From NCBI GenBank assembly GCA_036526255.1, contig DATCYW010000017.1, positions 8,675 to 72,674 on the forward strand: a stretch of 64,000 nt of DNA. The letters run 5' to 3'. The translations under genes were made by a program, and so were the position numbers. Positions 9,282-18,966 of this stretch are shown here, one piece after another. Each line of letters opens with the position of its first letter. Position 1 is the stretch's first letter. The notes under the pieces are model-generated. The model made no database searches and was not told the origin of the DNA. It worked only from the letters and a program-made list of their open reading frames with translations. The DNA is from Malonomonas sp. GTDB lineage: Bacteria > Desulfobacterota > Desulfuromonadia > Desulfuromonadales > Geopsychrobacteraceae.

Positions 9282-9479
9282 TCAAAGGGTTTTACGAAAC
9301 TGGCACTCAACGCAGATCTGTTTCAACTCGTAGAGTCCCGATTGCGGGTTATGCACCGTGGCGACAGTCAGGTGTTTTCTGCAGCTGATCTTGTAGCATT
9401 CCGCGCAGGCCTGCCCTTCGCCAAGCGTCGAGCTGTAACCGCAGATATGACAGAGCCAGGCCGAGTGTTCCTCAGACAT
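9282..9479 (-). CDS. Small Cys/His-rich putative zinc-finger protein (65 aa)
   Basis: CHIC...CAEC...CRKH...CVEC; starts 19 nt after the xpt stop with AAGGGG upstream. Confidence 0.65.
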   Translation of the reverse strand: MSEEHSAWLCHICGYSSTLGEGQACAECYKISCRKHLTVATVHNPQSGLYELKQICVECQFRKTL

Positions 9480-9498
9480 CCGTTTGCCGTCCCCTTTT

Positions 9499-10035
9499 TT
9501 AGCCGGTTGCCCGCTGCAACTCTTCCAGCGTCAGAATCGCGTCGATATCCCGCCGGGCCGATTTGTTGATAATTACCGCCGCGCCCACCAGCATGGCGTG
9601 GGCCTGCGCAACAATCTCTTCAATCGCCTTGAGGGTTGACCCTTTGGCGAAGAAGTCATCGATAAACAGCACCCGCTCCTGCGCACCGAGAACCTCTTTA
9701 GACACATAGAGGGTGGTCGATTCCTGCTTGGTGAACGAATAGCTGGCCGCCGCATAGTGCTCGCCCATGGTCAGCGGCCGCTTCTTTTTCGCATAAACAA
9801 AAGAAACCCCGAGCCGTCCGGCGACCGCCTGCGCGAGCATGATGCCGCTGGTTTCAGCGGTCAATATTTTATCGATTGCCTTGGCGACGAAGCGTTCGGC
9901 GATGTCGTCGGCCAGCAGGTCGATTAACTGCGGATCGACCATGTGGTTGAGAAAGCGATCGACCGTGATGACCTCTCCGGCGATTTTTCCGTCGCGCTTG
10001 ATTCTTTCCAGCAGGGTTCTGGCAGCGATGTTCAT
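9499..10035 (-). CDS. xpt: Xanthine phosphoribosyltransferase
   Basis: 'VDRFLNHMVDP', 'ILTAETSGI', 'SYSFTKQ', PRPP motif 'VLFIDDFFAKG'; ATGA overlap with the permease stop gives start 10035. Confidence 0.88.
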   Translation of the reverse strand: MNIAARTLLERIKRDGKIAGEVITVDRFLNHMVDPQLIDLLADDIAERFVAKAIDKILTAETSGIMLAQAVAGRLGVSFVYAKKKRPLTMGEHYAAASYSFTKQESTTLYVSKEVLGAQERVLFIDDFFAKGSTLKAIEEIVAQAHAMLVGAAVIINKSARRDIDAILTLEELQRATG

Positions 10036-10952
10036 TTGCGATCCTCCCGATCGTAGGGGAGCCCGAGGCTTTCCGGCTGCTGGCTGGCGCCTTTTTGCAG
10101 CCGCATGGTCGAGATCACCAGAACGATAATGGTGAACAGGTAAGGGAGCATTTGCAGGATGTGGACGCTGACCGTAGTACCCATCGCCTGAAAGCGCAAC
10201 TGCATGGCGGTTATGCCGCCAAACAGGTAAGCGCCGAGCAGGGCTTTGGGGCTTGACCAGCTGGCAAAAATGACCAGTGCCACGGCAATCCAGCCGCGCC
10301 CTGCCGACATGTTCTCGATCCACATCGGCGTCGAAGCCAGGCTTAAATAGGCGCCGCCGATGCCGACAAAGCCGGAACCGATGGTCACCGCCAGAAAGCG
10401 ATAGAGACTGACCGATACGCCGCAGGTGTCGGCCGCCGCAGGATTCTCACCGACCGTCCGCAGCGCCAGCCCCCAGCGAGTGCGATAGAAGAACAGCCAG
10501 ATGGCCGCGACCAGCAGAAAGCTGAAGTAGATCAGCAGGTCCTGATTGAAGAAGGCTTTGCCGAGCACCGGCAGTTTCGCCAGCCCAGGGATGGCGACCC
10601 GCGAGAAACCGTCGATGGTCAGGCCGACCATCTGTTTGCCGAACAGCGCGGTGATGCCGATGCCGAACATGGTCAGTGCCAGGCCGCTGACGATCTGATT
10701 ACCGCGCAGCTGTACGGTGATAAAGGCATGAATGCTACCGGCAACAAAGCTGGCGACAAACGCGGCCAGCACGCCGACCAGCAGCGAGCCGCTGATATGG
10801 GTCCCGGCGAATCCGGCCAGGGCGCCGATCAGCATCAGCCCTTCGATCCCCAGGTTGATGATCCCGGCGCGCTCATTGATGATCGCGCCCAGGGTGGCGA
10901 ACAGGATCGGGGTGCCGGCACGGACGGTGGCGTCGAGCAGAATCTCAAGCAT
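10032..10952 (-). CDS. Purine/nucleoside ABC transporter permease (NupC-like)
   Basis: 'ERAGIINLGIEG', 'LRTVGENP', 'GRGWIAVALV'. Confidence 0.92.
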   Translation of the reverse strand: MLEILLDATVRAGTPILFATLGAIINERAGIINLGIEGLMLIGALAGFAGTHISGSLLVGVLAAFVASFVAGSIHAFITVQLRGNQIVSGLALTMFGIGITALFGKQMVGLTIDGFSRVAIPGLAKLPVLGKAFFNQDLLIYFSFLLVAAIWLFFYRTRWGLALRTVGENPAAADTCGVSVSLYRFLAVTIGSGFVGIGGAYLSLASTPMWIENMSAGRGWIAVALVIFASWSSPKALLGAYLFGGITAMQLRFQAMGTTVSVHILQMLPYLFTIIVLVISTMRLQKGASQQPESLGLPYDREDRK

Positions 10953-12015
10953 TGGATGTCCCTCTGACCAGCTTGATCCGGTATTGAATAAAGAAGTCGG
11001 ACGCCAGCAGGAAGAACAGGATCAGCCCCTGAAAGGCGTAAACAAAGGCGACCGGCAATTGCCAGAGCAGCTGCAGGCTGTCGCCGCCGACCAGCAGCAC
11101 GCCCATCAGAAACGACACGATCAGCACGCCGATAGCGCTGCGTTTGGCCAGCCAGGCGACGATGATCGCCGTGTAGCCGTAACCGGGGGAGATGCCATGC
11201 TGCAGGCGGTGCTGCAGACCGGCGACCTCGCAGAACCCGGCGATCCCGGCGATCGCGCCGCTTAAGAACAGCACCAGGAAAATCGCCTGTCCGGTTTTCA
11301 TTCCAGCGTAGCGGGCCGCTTTCGGGTTGCTGCCGATGACTTTGATCTCGTAGCCCCAGATGGTTCGTTCCATGAACAGGTAGAGCACCAGCGCGGCAAA
11401 GACGGCGAGAAAAAATCCGCTGTGCAGCCGGGTGTCGAAATATTGGGCCAGCCGTGCCGTGTCGCTGAACTGGGCGGTGAGCGGAAAGTTGAAACCCTTG
11501 GGGTCTTTCCAGGGGCCGTAAATCAGGTAATCGACCAGCAGGATGGCGATGTAGTTCATCAGCAGGGTGACGATGACTTCATTGACCTGCCAGCGGGCGC
11601 GAAGAAAACCGGCGACACCGGCCCAGAGACCGGCGCAGGTGAAGGCCGCCAGAAACATCGTCAGCAGCATCAGCCAGTGGTTTTCGATGCCGGAGAACAG
11701 CGCCACGCCGCTGGCCGCCATGGCGCCGATGTAGATCTGACCTTCGGCGCCGATGTTCCAGATCTGCATGCGAAAGGCGAGCGAGACGCCCAGCCCGGCA
11801 AAGATCAGCGGCGTGGTTTTGACCAGGGTTTCTGACAGTCCGTAGACTGAGCCGAGCGATTCGATCAGGATCTCGCGGTAGGCATCGAGCGGATTGACGC
11901 CGCTGGCCAGCAGCAGAAATCCGGCGACGAACAGGGCGACGCCGATGGAGATAATCGGCGCGCTGAAGCGGAACAGTGCTGATGAGATTTCGCGGCGTTC
12001 GGTAATCAGCTTCAT
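10945..12015 (-). CDS. Purine/nucleoside ABC transporter permease (NupB-like)
   Basis: 'NIGAEGQ', 'GYEIKVIGSNPKAARYAG', 'GYGYTAIIVA'. Confidence 0.92.
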   Translation of the reverse strand: MKLITERREISSALFRFSAPIISIGVALFVAGFLLLASGVNPLDAYREILIESLGSVYGLSETLVKTTPLIFAGLGVSLAFRMQIWNIGAEGQIYIGAMAASGVALFSGIENHWLMLLTMFLAAFTCAGLWAGVAGFLRARWQVNEVIVTLLMNYIAILLVDYLIYGPWKDPKGFNFPLTAQFSDTARLAQYFDTRLHSGFFLAVFAALVLYLFMERTIWGYEIKVIGSNPKAARYAGMKTGQAIFLVLFLSGAIAGIAGFCEVAGLQHRLQHGISPGYGYTAIIVAWLAKRSAIGVLIVSFLMGVLLVGGDSLQLLWQLPVAFVYAFQGLILFFLLASDFFIQYRIKLVRGTSNA

Positions 12016-13538
12016 GCCGCGCCTCCGTTCGTGTTGCCCGTCTCGCCGCTCATCATCAGGCCGATCTGTTCACGGCTGGTCTGTTGCGGGTCGACAAAGC
12101 CGATCAGGCGGCCACGGAACATCACTGCGATCCGGTCACTGAGCTTGAGCAGTTCGTCCAGATCTTCAGCAATCAGGATGGTACTCATCCCTTCATGCGC
12201 GCCGTCGGCGATCACCTTGTGGACATACTCGGCGCTGCCGATGTCGAGGCCGCGGGTCGGGTAGAGGGCGACCAGCACTGCTGGTTTTTCCGACAGCTCG
12301 CGGGCGATAATCACCTTCTGGATATTGCCGCCGGACAGGTAGCGCACCGGGGTTCCGTCGGGCCCGGATTTGATCGCGAACTGTTCGATTTTTTCCAGCG
12401 CGTTGCGGCGGATCGACTTCTTGTCCTGAAAAAATCCACGGGTAAAGGCCGCGCTCTTGAAGCTTTTCATGATCAGGTTATCGTCGATACTCATGTCCGG
12501 GGCGATGCCGATACTTTTACGGTCTTCGGGGATGTGGGCGATCCCGGCAATATACGAGTGTCGGGCGCTGCTGTTGTTCAGGTCCTGACCGGCCGCCATG
12601 ATCCGGCCGTGGCTTGCTTCGCGCAGTCCGGTCAGCACTTCAGCCAGCGCCTTCTGGCCGTTTCCGGCGACTCCGGCGATGCCGAGAATCTCGCCCTTCT
12701 TCAGCTTCAGGCTGAAATTTTCCAGGTCCGGCAGGCCGCGATCGTTGCGCACCGAAAGCTCTTGAATGTCGAGGGCGATCTGTTGCGACAGCTGCAGGTT
12801 TTTCTGCCATTCGGGGATCTGGTCTGCACCGATCATCAGCGCGGCAAGCTGCTTTTCATCATACTCGCCACGTTTCAGACTGGTGATGCTGCGCCCTTTT
12901 TTCAGGATGGTGACCCGGTCGGAAATATCCATCACCTCGCGCATCTTGTGCGAAATGAAGATGATGCTCTTGCCCTGATCTTTCAGCCGCCGCAGCACCT
13001 TGAACAGGCGATCGGTCTCCTGCGGGGTCAGGACTGCGGTCGGCTCGTCCAGAATCAGCAGCCGGCAATCGCGCATCAACAGCTTGATCAGTTCGATCCA
13101 TTGCTGAGCGCCGATCGAGAGTTTCCAGACCGGGCAGTCGAGATCGAGATCGAGTTGAAACTCGTCGAGCAGCTGTTTGATTGCGGTTTTATATTTTTTT
13201 CGGCTGAACAGGTTGGGAACATTGTCCAGCGCGAGCAGGATGTTTTCGAACACCGAATGGGCCGGGACCAGCATGAAGTGTTGATGAACCATGCCGATGC
13301 CCTGTGTCAGCGAGTCGCGTGGGCTGGTGAACTCGACCTTCTGTCCGGCGATCCGGATCGCGCCGCGATCGGGGTGGTAGAGGCCGGTGAGGACGTTCAT
13401 CAGGGTGCTTTTCCCCGCGCCGTTTTCACCGAGCAGGGTGTGGATTTCGCCGGGTGCCACCGAAAAGGAGACGTCATCCAGCGCGATCACACCGGGAAAG
13501 GTTTTGCGGATATGTTCAATCTGTAGAAAGTCGGGCAT
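12012..13538 (-). CDS. ABC transporter ATP-binding protein, CUT2 double-NBD type (NupA-like)
   Basis: 'GENGAGKST', 'ILDEPTAVL', second domain 'LSGGNIQK', 'YPTRGLD'. Confidence 0.95.
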   Translation of the reverse strand: MPDFLQIEHIRKTFPGVIALDDVSFSVAPGEIHTLLGENGAGKSTLMNVLTGLYHPDRGAIRIAGQKVEFTSPRDSLTQGIGMVHQHFMLVPAHSVFENILLALDNVPNLFSRKKYKTAIKQLLDEFQLDLDLDCPVWKLSIGAQQWIELIKLLMRDCRLLILDEPTAVLTPQETDRLFKVLRRLKDQGKSIIFISHKMREVMDISDRVTILKKGRSITSLKRGEYDEKQLAALMIGADQIPEWQKNLQLSQQIALDIQELSVRNDRGLPDLENFSLKLKKGEILGIAGVAGNGQKALAEVLTGLREASHGRIMAAGQDLNNSSARHSYIAGIAHIPEDRKSIGIAPDMSIDDNLIMKSFKSAAFTRGFFQDKKSIRRNALEKIEQFAIKSGPDGTPVRYLSGGNIQKVIIARELSEKPAVLVALYPTRGLDIGSAEYVHKVIADGAHEGMSTILIAEDLDELLKLSDRIAVMFRGRLIGFVDPQQTSREQIGLMMSGETGNTNGGAA

Positions 13539-13602
13539 ACGTTTCTGGCTTCAAGCTGCAAAAGGCAGCGTCATGAACCTCCGGGCATATGCCCACCGGC
13601 GG

Positions 13603-13644
13603 AAAATTGAAAAAGGCACACTCCACTGACTGAAGTGTGCCTTT
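13603..13644 (-). terminator. Intercistronic hairpin/terminator after the binding-protein gene
   Basis: AAAGGCACACT/AGTGTGCCTTT 11-bp stem; on the minus strand followed by TTTTTCAATTTT. Confidence 0.7.
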
Positions 13645-13661
13645 GAGTCAAACAGGGGTGA

Positions 13662-14735
13662 TTATTTCGGGATGGTTCCCTGTACGCCTTCAACGAAATA
13701 ACTCATGCCGAGCAGATCGCCATCGGCGGGAATCTGACCAGCCGCAACAACCTCTTTGCCGGTCTGATCTTTAATCGGGCCGGCGAAGGGGTGCAGGTTG
13801 CCCGCGATGATCGCGGCCGCCTTTTCGTTGACCAGCGCCTGAACCTCAGTCGGAACTTTGGCGTTGAATGGCGCCAGCTTGACCAGCCCTTCCTTCATCC
13901 CCCACCAGAGCTGCTCGGATTTCCAGGTGCCGGTGCTGACCTCTTTGGCTACCTTGGTGTAGAGCACGCTCCAGTCCCAGACCGGTGCGGTCAAAAAGGC
14001 GTTGGGGGCGAAGACGCGCATGTCTGAATTGTAACCGATGACAACGGCACCGCGCTCTTCGGCGGCCTGCAGAGTGGCCGGAGCATCCTGATGCATGGCC
14101 AGCACGTCGGCGCCGATATCGAGCAGGCTGTCGGCGGCGTCACGCTCGATGCCCGGATCGAACCAGGTCTGGGTCCAGACAACTTTGACTTCGGCCTGTG
14201 GATTAACGCTGCGCACGCCAAGGGTAAAGGCGTTGATGCCGCGGATAACTTCAGGGATCGGGAAGGCGGCAACATAGCCGATGACGTTCTTTTTGGTCAT
14301 CTTGCCGGCAACGATGCCGGAGAGGTAGCGTGGTTCGTACATGCGACCGAAGTAGGTACCGACATTCTCTGCCGTCTTGAAGCCTGAGCAGTGCATGAAG
14401 ACGACGTCCTTGTTGCGCTTGGCGATGTCGATGGTGGCGTCCATGTAGCCGAAGCTGGTGGTGAAAACCAGGTTGGCGCCCTTACGCACCAGGCCATTGA
14501 TGACCCGCGCCGATTCGGCCCCTTCCGGAACCGACTCGATAAAGGTCGACGGCTTGACGAACGGCAGTTTTTCCATCTCCAGGCGGCCCTGGTCGTGCGA
14601 ATAGGTCCAGCCGGCATCGCCGACCGGGCCGACGTAGATGAAGCCGGCCTGAATCTCTTTTTCGTGGTGAGCGGCAAAGCCGGTGCTGCACAGGCTGACC
14701 GTCAGGAGCAGTAACAATAGAGTAACTTTTTTCAT
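13662..14735 (-). CDS. BMP-family ABC substrate-binding protein (purine nucleoside)
   Basis: Signal peptide; 'GFIYVGPVGDAGWTYSHDQGR', 'FTTSFGY', 'AFPIPEVIRGINAFTLG'. Confidence 0.93.
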   Translation of the reverse strand: MKKVTLLLLLLTVSLCSTGFAAHHEKEIQAGFIYVGPVGDAGWTYSHDQGRLEMEKLPFVKPSTFIESVPEGAESARVINGLVRKGANLVFTTSFGYMDATIDIAKRNKDVVFMHCSGFKTAENVGTYFGRMYEPRYLSGIVAGKMTKKNVIGYVAAFPIPEVIRGINAFTLGVRSVNPQAEVKVVWTQTWFDPGIERDAADSLLDIGADVLAMHQDAPATLQAAEERGAVVIGYNSDMRVFAPNAFLTAPVWDWSVLYTKVAKEVSTGTWKSEQLWWGMKEGLVKLAPFNAKVPTEVQALVNEKAAAIIAGNLHPFAGPIKDQTGKEVVAAGQIPADGDLLGMSYFVEGVQGTIPK

Positions 14736-14780
14736 CGATGCACCTCTGGAATAAGTAAAGGGTGTGGGCAGAATCTTAAC

Positions 14781-14825
14781 TGTTTAGATCAACATTAGGC
14801 TGCTGTCAAGTCGGCTAATGTTGAT
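14781..14825 (-). promoter_or_regulatory. Candidate promoter of the purine ABC-xpt operon inside an 11-bp inverted repeat
   Basis: Minus strand TTGACA (14809-14804)-17 nt-TAAACA, flanked by ATCAACATTAG (14788-14798) and CTAATGTTGAT (14815-14825). Confidence 0.55.
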
Positions 14826-14841
14826 TGCTCACCGTCAGGCT

Positions 14842-16146
14842 TCAGTCGACCTGAAGCTTGCTGTCGATATTGTTTTTCAGCCAGCTGCTGTCCCACCACT
14901 CAAGCGGCTGTACCGCCACGCCGGTGACGAAGACGCCGAAGTGCAGATGGTCGCCGCCAGCCATGCCGGTAGCGCCGCTGCGCCCCAGCACCTGGTCTTT
15001 AACCACCATGTCGCCTGGGCGTACGTCCAACTGACTCATATGCGCGTACAGCGTCTGCAGCCCGAGGCCATGGTCGATGACCACGCAGAGGCCGTAGATG
15101 CCAAGATAGTCGGCCCAGATCACTTCGCCGGCGTTGGCGGCCGGAATCTCAGCCTGGGCGACCGAGGCCAGGTCATAGCCGAGATGCACCGCTTTATCGA
15201 CCTGTTTGCCTTCGTAATAGTAGTTGCGATGATCGGCGAACAGCGCCAGCTCTGCCGCTCCCTGCATGCGCGAGAAACTGTTCTGCCAAAGAGGCGTTGC
15301 CGATGTCTTTTGTCCCAGCTCCGCCATTTTCGCCCGGTTCTGACGGCGGATTTCGCCGTTGACGTAGAGGAACGTATCGAGCGGCTCACCGACCTCGGGC
15401 ACCATCGATTCGAACTCCGGGGCTTTCTGCTGGATGAAGTTTTTGCTCAGGTTGATGTCGCGATGGCGAAATTTTTTATCATTTGCCCGGTAATAAATCC
15501 CTGACTGGCGCTCATTGCCGGCTAGGTCGGTGGCGAAGACCCGTGGGACGAAATCGGTCTCTTTCATATCGAAGGGGTAGGCGAACAGGCAGGCATAGAC
15601 TCCGGAATCCTGTAGAAATCCGGGAAAGAACAGCTCGCCGATCTGAACGCCGGTCTTCTCCACCGCTTCATCCAGCCGGTAGGTCACCAGGCCGCTGCCC
15701 CCCTTGCTCAGGTTATGCGCTTTACTAAGGATGGAGATGATCGGTGCGCGGGTGTCGTAGGTGATTTCAAGCAGTTGCCGGGTGACGTTCCCCTTGCCCA
15801 GATGGTAGATCGAGCGGTCGGTTGCGACGACCTCAAGCTGGATCTGTCCGTCCTTGAGCTTGAGCGAACCCAAATTGAGTTCCAGGCTGATTTCTTTGGT
15901 TTGCGCGGGGATTTCCTGATCGACCAGCGGTATGCGGGCACCGCCTTGAAGAACGGTAACCTGGGCCGATTTCAGACCGGTCGCGGCATCGCTGAAGGTC
16001 AGTGAGAGAGGTGTTTTGGCCGAAACCGGTCCGGTGGCCGGGTTCAGGCTGATCAGCGGTCCTTCGGTGTCACGAAAGTAAAAAATGGCGCCGGCGATCA
16101 GGCCGGTAAAGATGAGCAGGACAACGAGTTTCTTGAGCGATTTCAA
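14842..16146 (-). CDS. M23-family metallopeptidase with N-terminal membrane anchor
   Basis: HxxxD 'HLGYD', 'YAHMS', HxH 'HLHF'; TTG start after GAGG. Confidence 0.9.
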   Translation of the reverse strand: MKSLKKLVVLLIFTGLIAGAIFYFRDTEGPLISLNPATGPVSAKTPLSLTFSDAATGLKSAQVTVLQGGARIPLVDQEIPAQTKEISLELNLGSLKLKDGQIQLEVVATDRSIYHLGKGNVTRQLLEITYDTRAPIISILSKAHNLSKGGSGLVTYRLDEAVEKTGVQIGELFFPGFLQDSGVYACLFAYPFDMKETDFVPRVFATDLAGNERQSGIYYRANDKKFRHRDINLSKNFIQQKAPEFESMVPEVGEPLDTFLYVNGEIRRQNRAKMAELGQKTSATPLWQNSFSRMQGAAELALFADHRNYYYEGKQVDKAVHLGYDLASVAQAEIPAANAGEVIWADYLGIYGLCVVIDHGLGLQTLYAHMSQLDVRPGDMVVKDQVLGRSGATGMAGGDHLHFGVFVTGVAVQPLEWWDSSWLKNNIDSKLQVD

Positions 16147-16186
16147 AGAGTAACCTCACAGTTTCAAGACAGCGGTGATATGGACG

Positions 16187-16226
16187 AAAAAAACCATCGT
16201 GACAATGCGATGATCGTCACGATGGT
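16187..16226 (-). terminator. Intrinsic terminator downstream of sucA-sucB-lpdA
   Basis: ACCATCGTGAC-12 nt-GTCACGATGGT, then a T-run on the minus strand. Confidence 0.75.
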
Positions 16227-16241
16227 CGGTTATTGTCTGCC

Positions 16242-16267
16242 GAGCCCCTTGAATTGTCAAGGGGCTC
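16242..16267. repeat. Perfect 11-bp inverted repeat containing a minus-strand TTGACA
   Basis: GAGCCCCTTGA-ATTG-TCAAGGGGCTC. Confidence 0.7.
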
Positions 16268-16277
16268 AGTGGCTGAA

Positions 16278-17690
16278 TCAGCCGTGAATCGCTTCTTTGT
16301 TAACCGCCAGCGCCGCTTCCTTGAGCGCCTCGGCCAGAGTCGGGTGGGCGTGGCAGGTGGCGGCGACATCATGCACGCTGCCGCCAAAGGAAATCAGTGT
16401 CGTCGCTTCGGCGATCAGCTCAGACGCATGCGGGCCGACAATGTGGATCCCGAGAATCCGCCCGCTGTCAGCGGTTGCCAGCACCTTGACGAAGCCGTCG
16501 CTGGTGCCGTTGCAGAGCGCCCGACCGCTGGCGGCGAAGAAGAACTTGCCGGTTTTGAAGTCGATCTGGTCGCGTTTGAGTCCCTCTTCACTACGACCGA
16601 CCGAGGCAACCTCCGGCCAGGTATAGGTGACGGCCGGGATCGCGTCGTAGTTCAGGCTCGATTTATGCCCGCAGAGCCGCTCGGCAAACACCACCCCTTC
16701 TTCGCTGGCTTTGTGGGCCAGCATTGGTCCCGGCGCCAGGTCGCCGATAGCATAAATACCGGCAACGCTGGTCTGGTAATTTTCATCGACCTCCAGTTGT
16801 CCTGCTTTGTTGGCAACCAGCCCGACCTTTTCCAGCCCCAGCCCAGCGGTGTTGGCCCGCCGGCCGGTGGCGACCAGGATTTTGTCGCATTCGACCTGCT
16901 GCTCCCCTTTGTCGGTGGTCAGGGTCGCGATCAGGCCGGCAGCGCTACGGACAAACTTATCCAGTCGGGTTTTCGTCAGAATCTCCAGCCCCTGTTTTTT
17001 CAGGCTGCGCTGAAGCATCTGCGCCAGCTGCGGATCGCTCTGCGGCAGAATCTGCGGCAGCATTTCAACCACCGTGACCTGAGCGCCCAGGCGACTCCAG
17101 ACCGAACCAAGCTCGAGGCCGATGACCCCACCGCCGACCACCAGCAGTCGCTGTGGCACCTCTTTCAGGCTCAGAGCGTTGCGGGCGTTGATGATGGTTT
17201 CGCCGTCGAAGGGCAGATGCGGCAGTTCAATTGCCTCGCTGCCGGTTGCCAGCAGCAGGCTTTTTGCCGTCAGTTCCTGCTGATCCGCAGCCATGGTCAC
17301 TTTGACGCTGTGTCGCCCTGCGGTTGTACCGGTCAGTTCGGCGAGGCCAGTGAACGCGTCAATGCCGTTTTTCTTGAACAGACCGCTGATGCCGCCGGTC
17401 AGCTTGTCGATGATCGCCTGTTTGCGGGTCATCATCTGCGCCAGGTTGAGGCTGGCACCGTTGATGTCGATGCCGTGCTCGGCCAGTTCGTGATTGACCC
17501 GCGAGTAGTGCTCGCTCGATTCCAGCAGCGCCTTGCTCGGGATGCAGCCTTCGTTCAGGCAGACGCCGCCCAGGGTCGCACGCTTCTCGATCACCGCCAC
17601 CTTCAGCCCGAGCTGGGAGGCGCGGATTGCCGCAACGTAACCACCGGGGCCGGCCCCGATGACAATCAGATCGTAACTCTGTTCAGCCAT
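16278..17690 (-). CDS. lpdA: Dihydrolipoyl dehydrogenase (E3)
   Basis: 'GAGPGG', redox 'CLNEGCIPSK', 'GGGVIGLE', 'HPTLAE'. Confidence 0.97.
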   Translation of the reverse strand: MAEQSYDLIVIGAGPGGYVAAIRASQLGLKVAVIEKRATLGGVCLNEGCIPSKALLESSEHYSRVNHELAEHGIDINGASLNLAQMMTRKQAIIDKLTGGISGLFKKNGIDAFTGLAELTGTTAGRHSVKVTMAADQQELTAKSLLLATGSEAIELPHLPFDGETIINARNALSLKEVPQRLLVVGGGVIGLELGSVWSRLGAQVTVVEMLPQILPQSDPQLAQMLQRSLKKQGLEILTKTRLDKFVRSAAGLIATLTTDKGEQQVECDKILVATGRRANTAGLGLEKVGLVANKAGQLEVDENYQTSVAGIYAIGDLAPGPMLAHKASEEGVVFAERLCGHKSSLNYDAIPAVTYTWPEVASVGRSEEGLKRDQIDFKTGKFFFAASGRALCNGTSDGFVKVLATADSGRILGIHIVGPHASELIAEATTLISFGGSVHDVAATCHAHPTLAEALKEAALAVNKEAIHG

Positions 17691-17715
17691 CTGTTCTCTC
17701 CTTGCGCCCTTGAGG

Positions 17716-18966
17716 CTACATTTCCAGCAGCATCTCTTCCGGATCTTCGATGAGGGACTTTATCCGTTTGAGAAAAGTGACCGCTTCTTTGCCGTCGATG
17801 ATCCTGTGATCGTAGCTCAGCGCGACGTTCATGATCGGCCGGATGACGATTGCGCCGTCCCTGACCACAGCGCGCTCCTGAATGGCGTGCATGCCGAGGA
17901 TGGCGCTTTGTGGCGGGTTCAGCAGCGGCGTGGACAGAACTGAGCCGTAGATTCCGCCGTTGCTGATGGTGAAGGTGCCGCCGCTGAGCTCGTCGAGGGT
18001 CAGCTTGCCGTTTTCGGCGCGCACCGCGAAGTCGCGGATGGTGGCTTCGATCTGGTCAAAATGCAGCTTGTCGGCGTCGCGGATGATCGGCACGACCAGG
18101 CCCCGCTTGCTGCCGACGGCAACGCCGATGTCGTAAAAATGCTGATAGACGATGTCGGTTCCGTCGATGCGGGCGTTGACATCGGCCGATTCTTTCAGAG
18201 CTTCGGCGCAGGCCTTGATGAAGAAGGACATGAAGCCGAGCGGAACCCCGTGCTTTTTCTCGAAGGCGGCCTTGTGGCTGGTGCGCAGCGCAATCACCCG
18301 GCTCATGTCGATCTCGTTGAAGGTCGTCAGCATGGCGGTCTGCTGGCGCGCCATCAGCAATCGCTCGGCGATCTTTTTACGGATCTGGGTCATGGCGACC
18401 CGCTCGCTGCGCGGATCATCGCCGGCTTTTGCCGTTGGTGCTTTTGCTGCCGGGGCCGCAGTCGCTGTTGCCGGCGCGATCGGTACCGCGGGAGGCGTTG
18501 GTGTCCGTGCTTCGGTCGCCGCTGCGGGGAGATCATCGACCAGAATCCGCCCGTCACGGCCGCTGCCGGTGACGGTTTTCAGGTCGATGTTCCGCTCGGC
18601 GGCCAGCTTGGGTACCGCCGGATTGACCGGCGGATCGATCGTCCGAACGGCAGTCGGAGCAGCTGCAGCTGCCGGTGCGACAGCTGGTTGAATCTGCTCG
18701 GTGACCAGTTTTTCCGCTTCAGGTTTTGTGCCTGCGGCGGCGGTATCGATCCGGCCGATGACCGCGCCGATTTTAACCACCTCTCCAGCCTGAGCGAGGA
18801 TCGTCAGTTTGCCGGTGGCGTCGGCGTTGAGTTCGACATTGATCTTTTCGGTCTCCAGTTCCAGCAGCAGGTCATCCTGCGTGACCTGCTCGCCATCCTT
18901 TTTAAACCACTCACCGATTTCCGCTTCGACGATCGATTCGCCGACCTGGGGGACGATAATATCCAT
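17716..18966 (-). CDS. sucB: 2-oxoglutarate dehydrogenase E2 (dihydrolipoyllysine succinyltransferase)
   Basis: Lipoyl domain 'ELETEKIN', E3-binding 'GSGRDGRI', catalytic 'SYDHRIIDG'. Confidence 0.96.
   Translation of the reverse strand: MDIIVPQVGESIVEAEIGEWFKKDGEQVTQDDLLLELETEKINVELNADATGKLTILAQAGEVVKIGAVIGRIDTAAAGTKPEAEKLVTEQIQPAVAPAAAAAPTAVRTIDPPVNPAVPKLAAERNIDLKTVTGSGRDGRILVDDLPAAATEARTPTPPAVPIAPATATAAPAAKAPTAKAGDDPRSERVAMTQIRKKIAERLLMARQQTAMLTTFNEIDMSRVIALRTSHKAAFEKKHGVPLGFMSFFIKACAEALKESADVNARIDGTDIVYQHFYDIGVAVGSKRGLVVPIIRDADKLHFDQIEATIRDFAVRAENGKLTLDELSGGTFTISNGGIYGSVLSTPLLNPPQSAILGMHAIQERAVVRDGAIVIRPIMNVALSYDHRIIDGKEAVTFLKRIKSLIEDPEEMLLEM

Noticed and set aside
12084-13526. 480-aa plus-strand ORF
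   Set aside because: Antisense shadow of the ABC ATPase.
18420-18740. Ala/Pro-rich low-complexity, repeat-like DNA
   Set aside because: Normal flexible linkers of the SucB E2 subunit.
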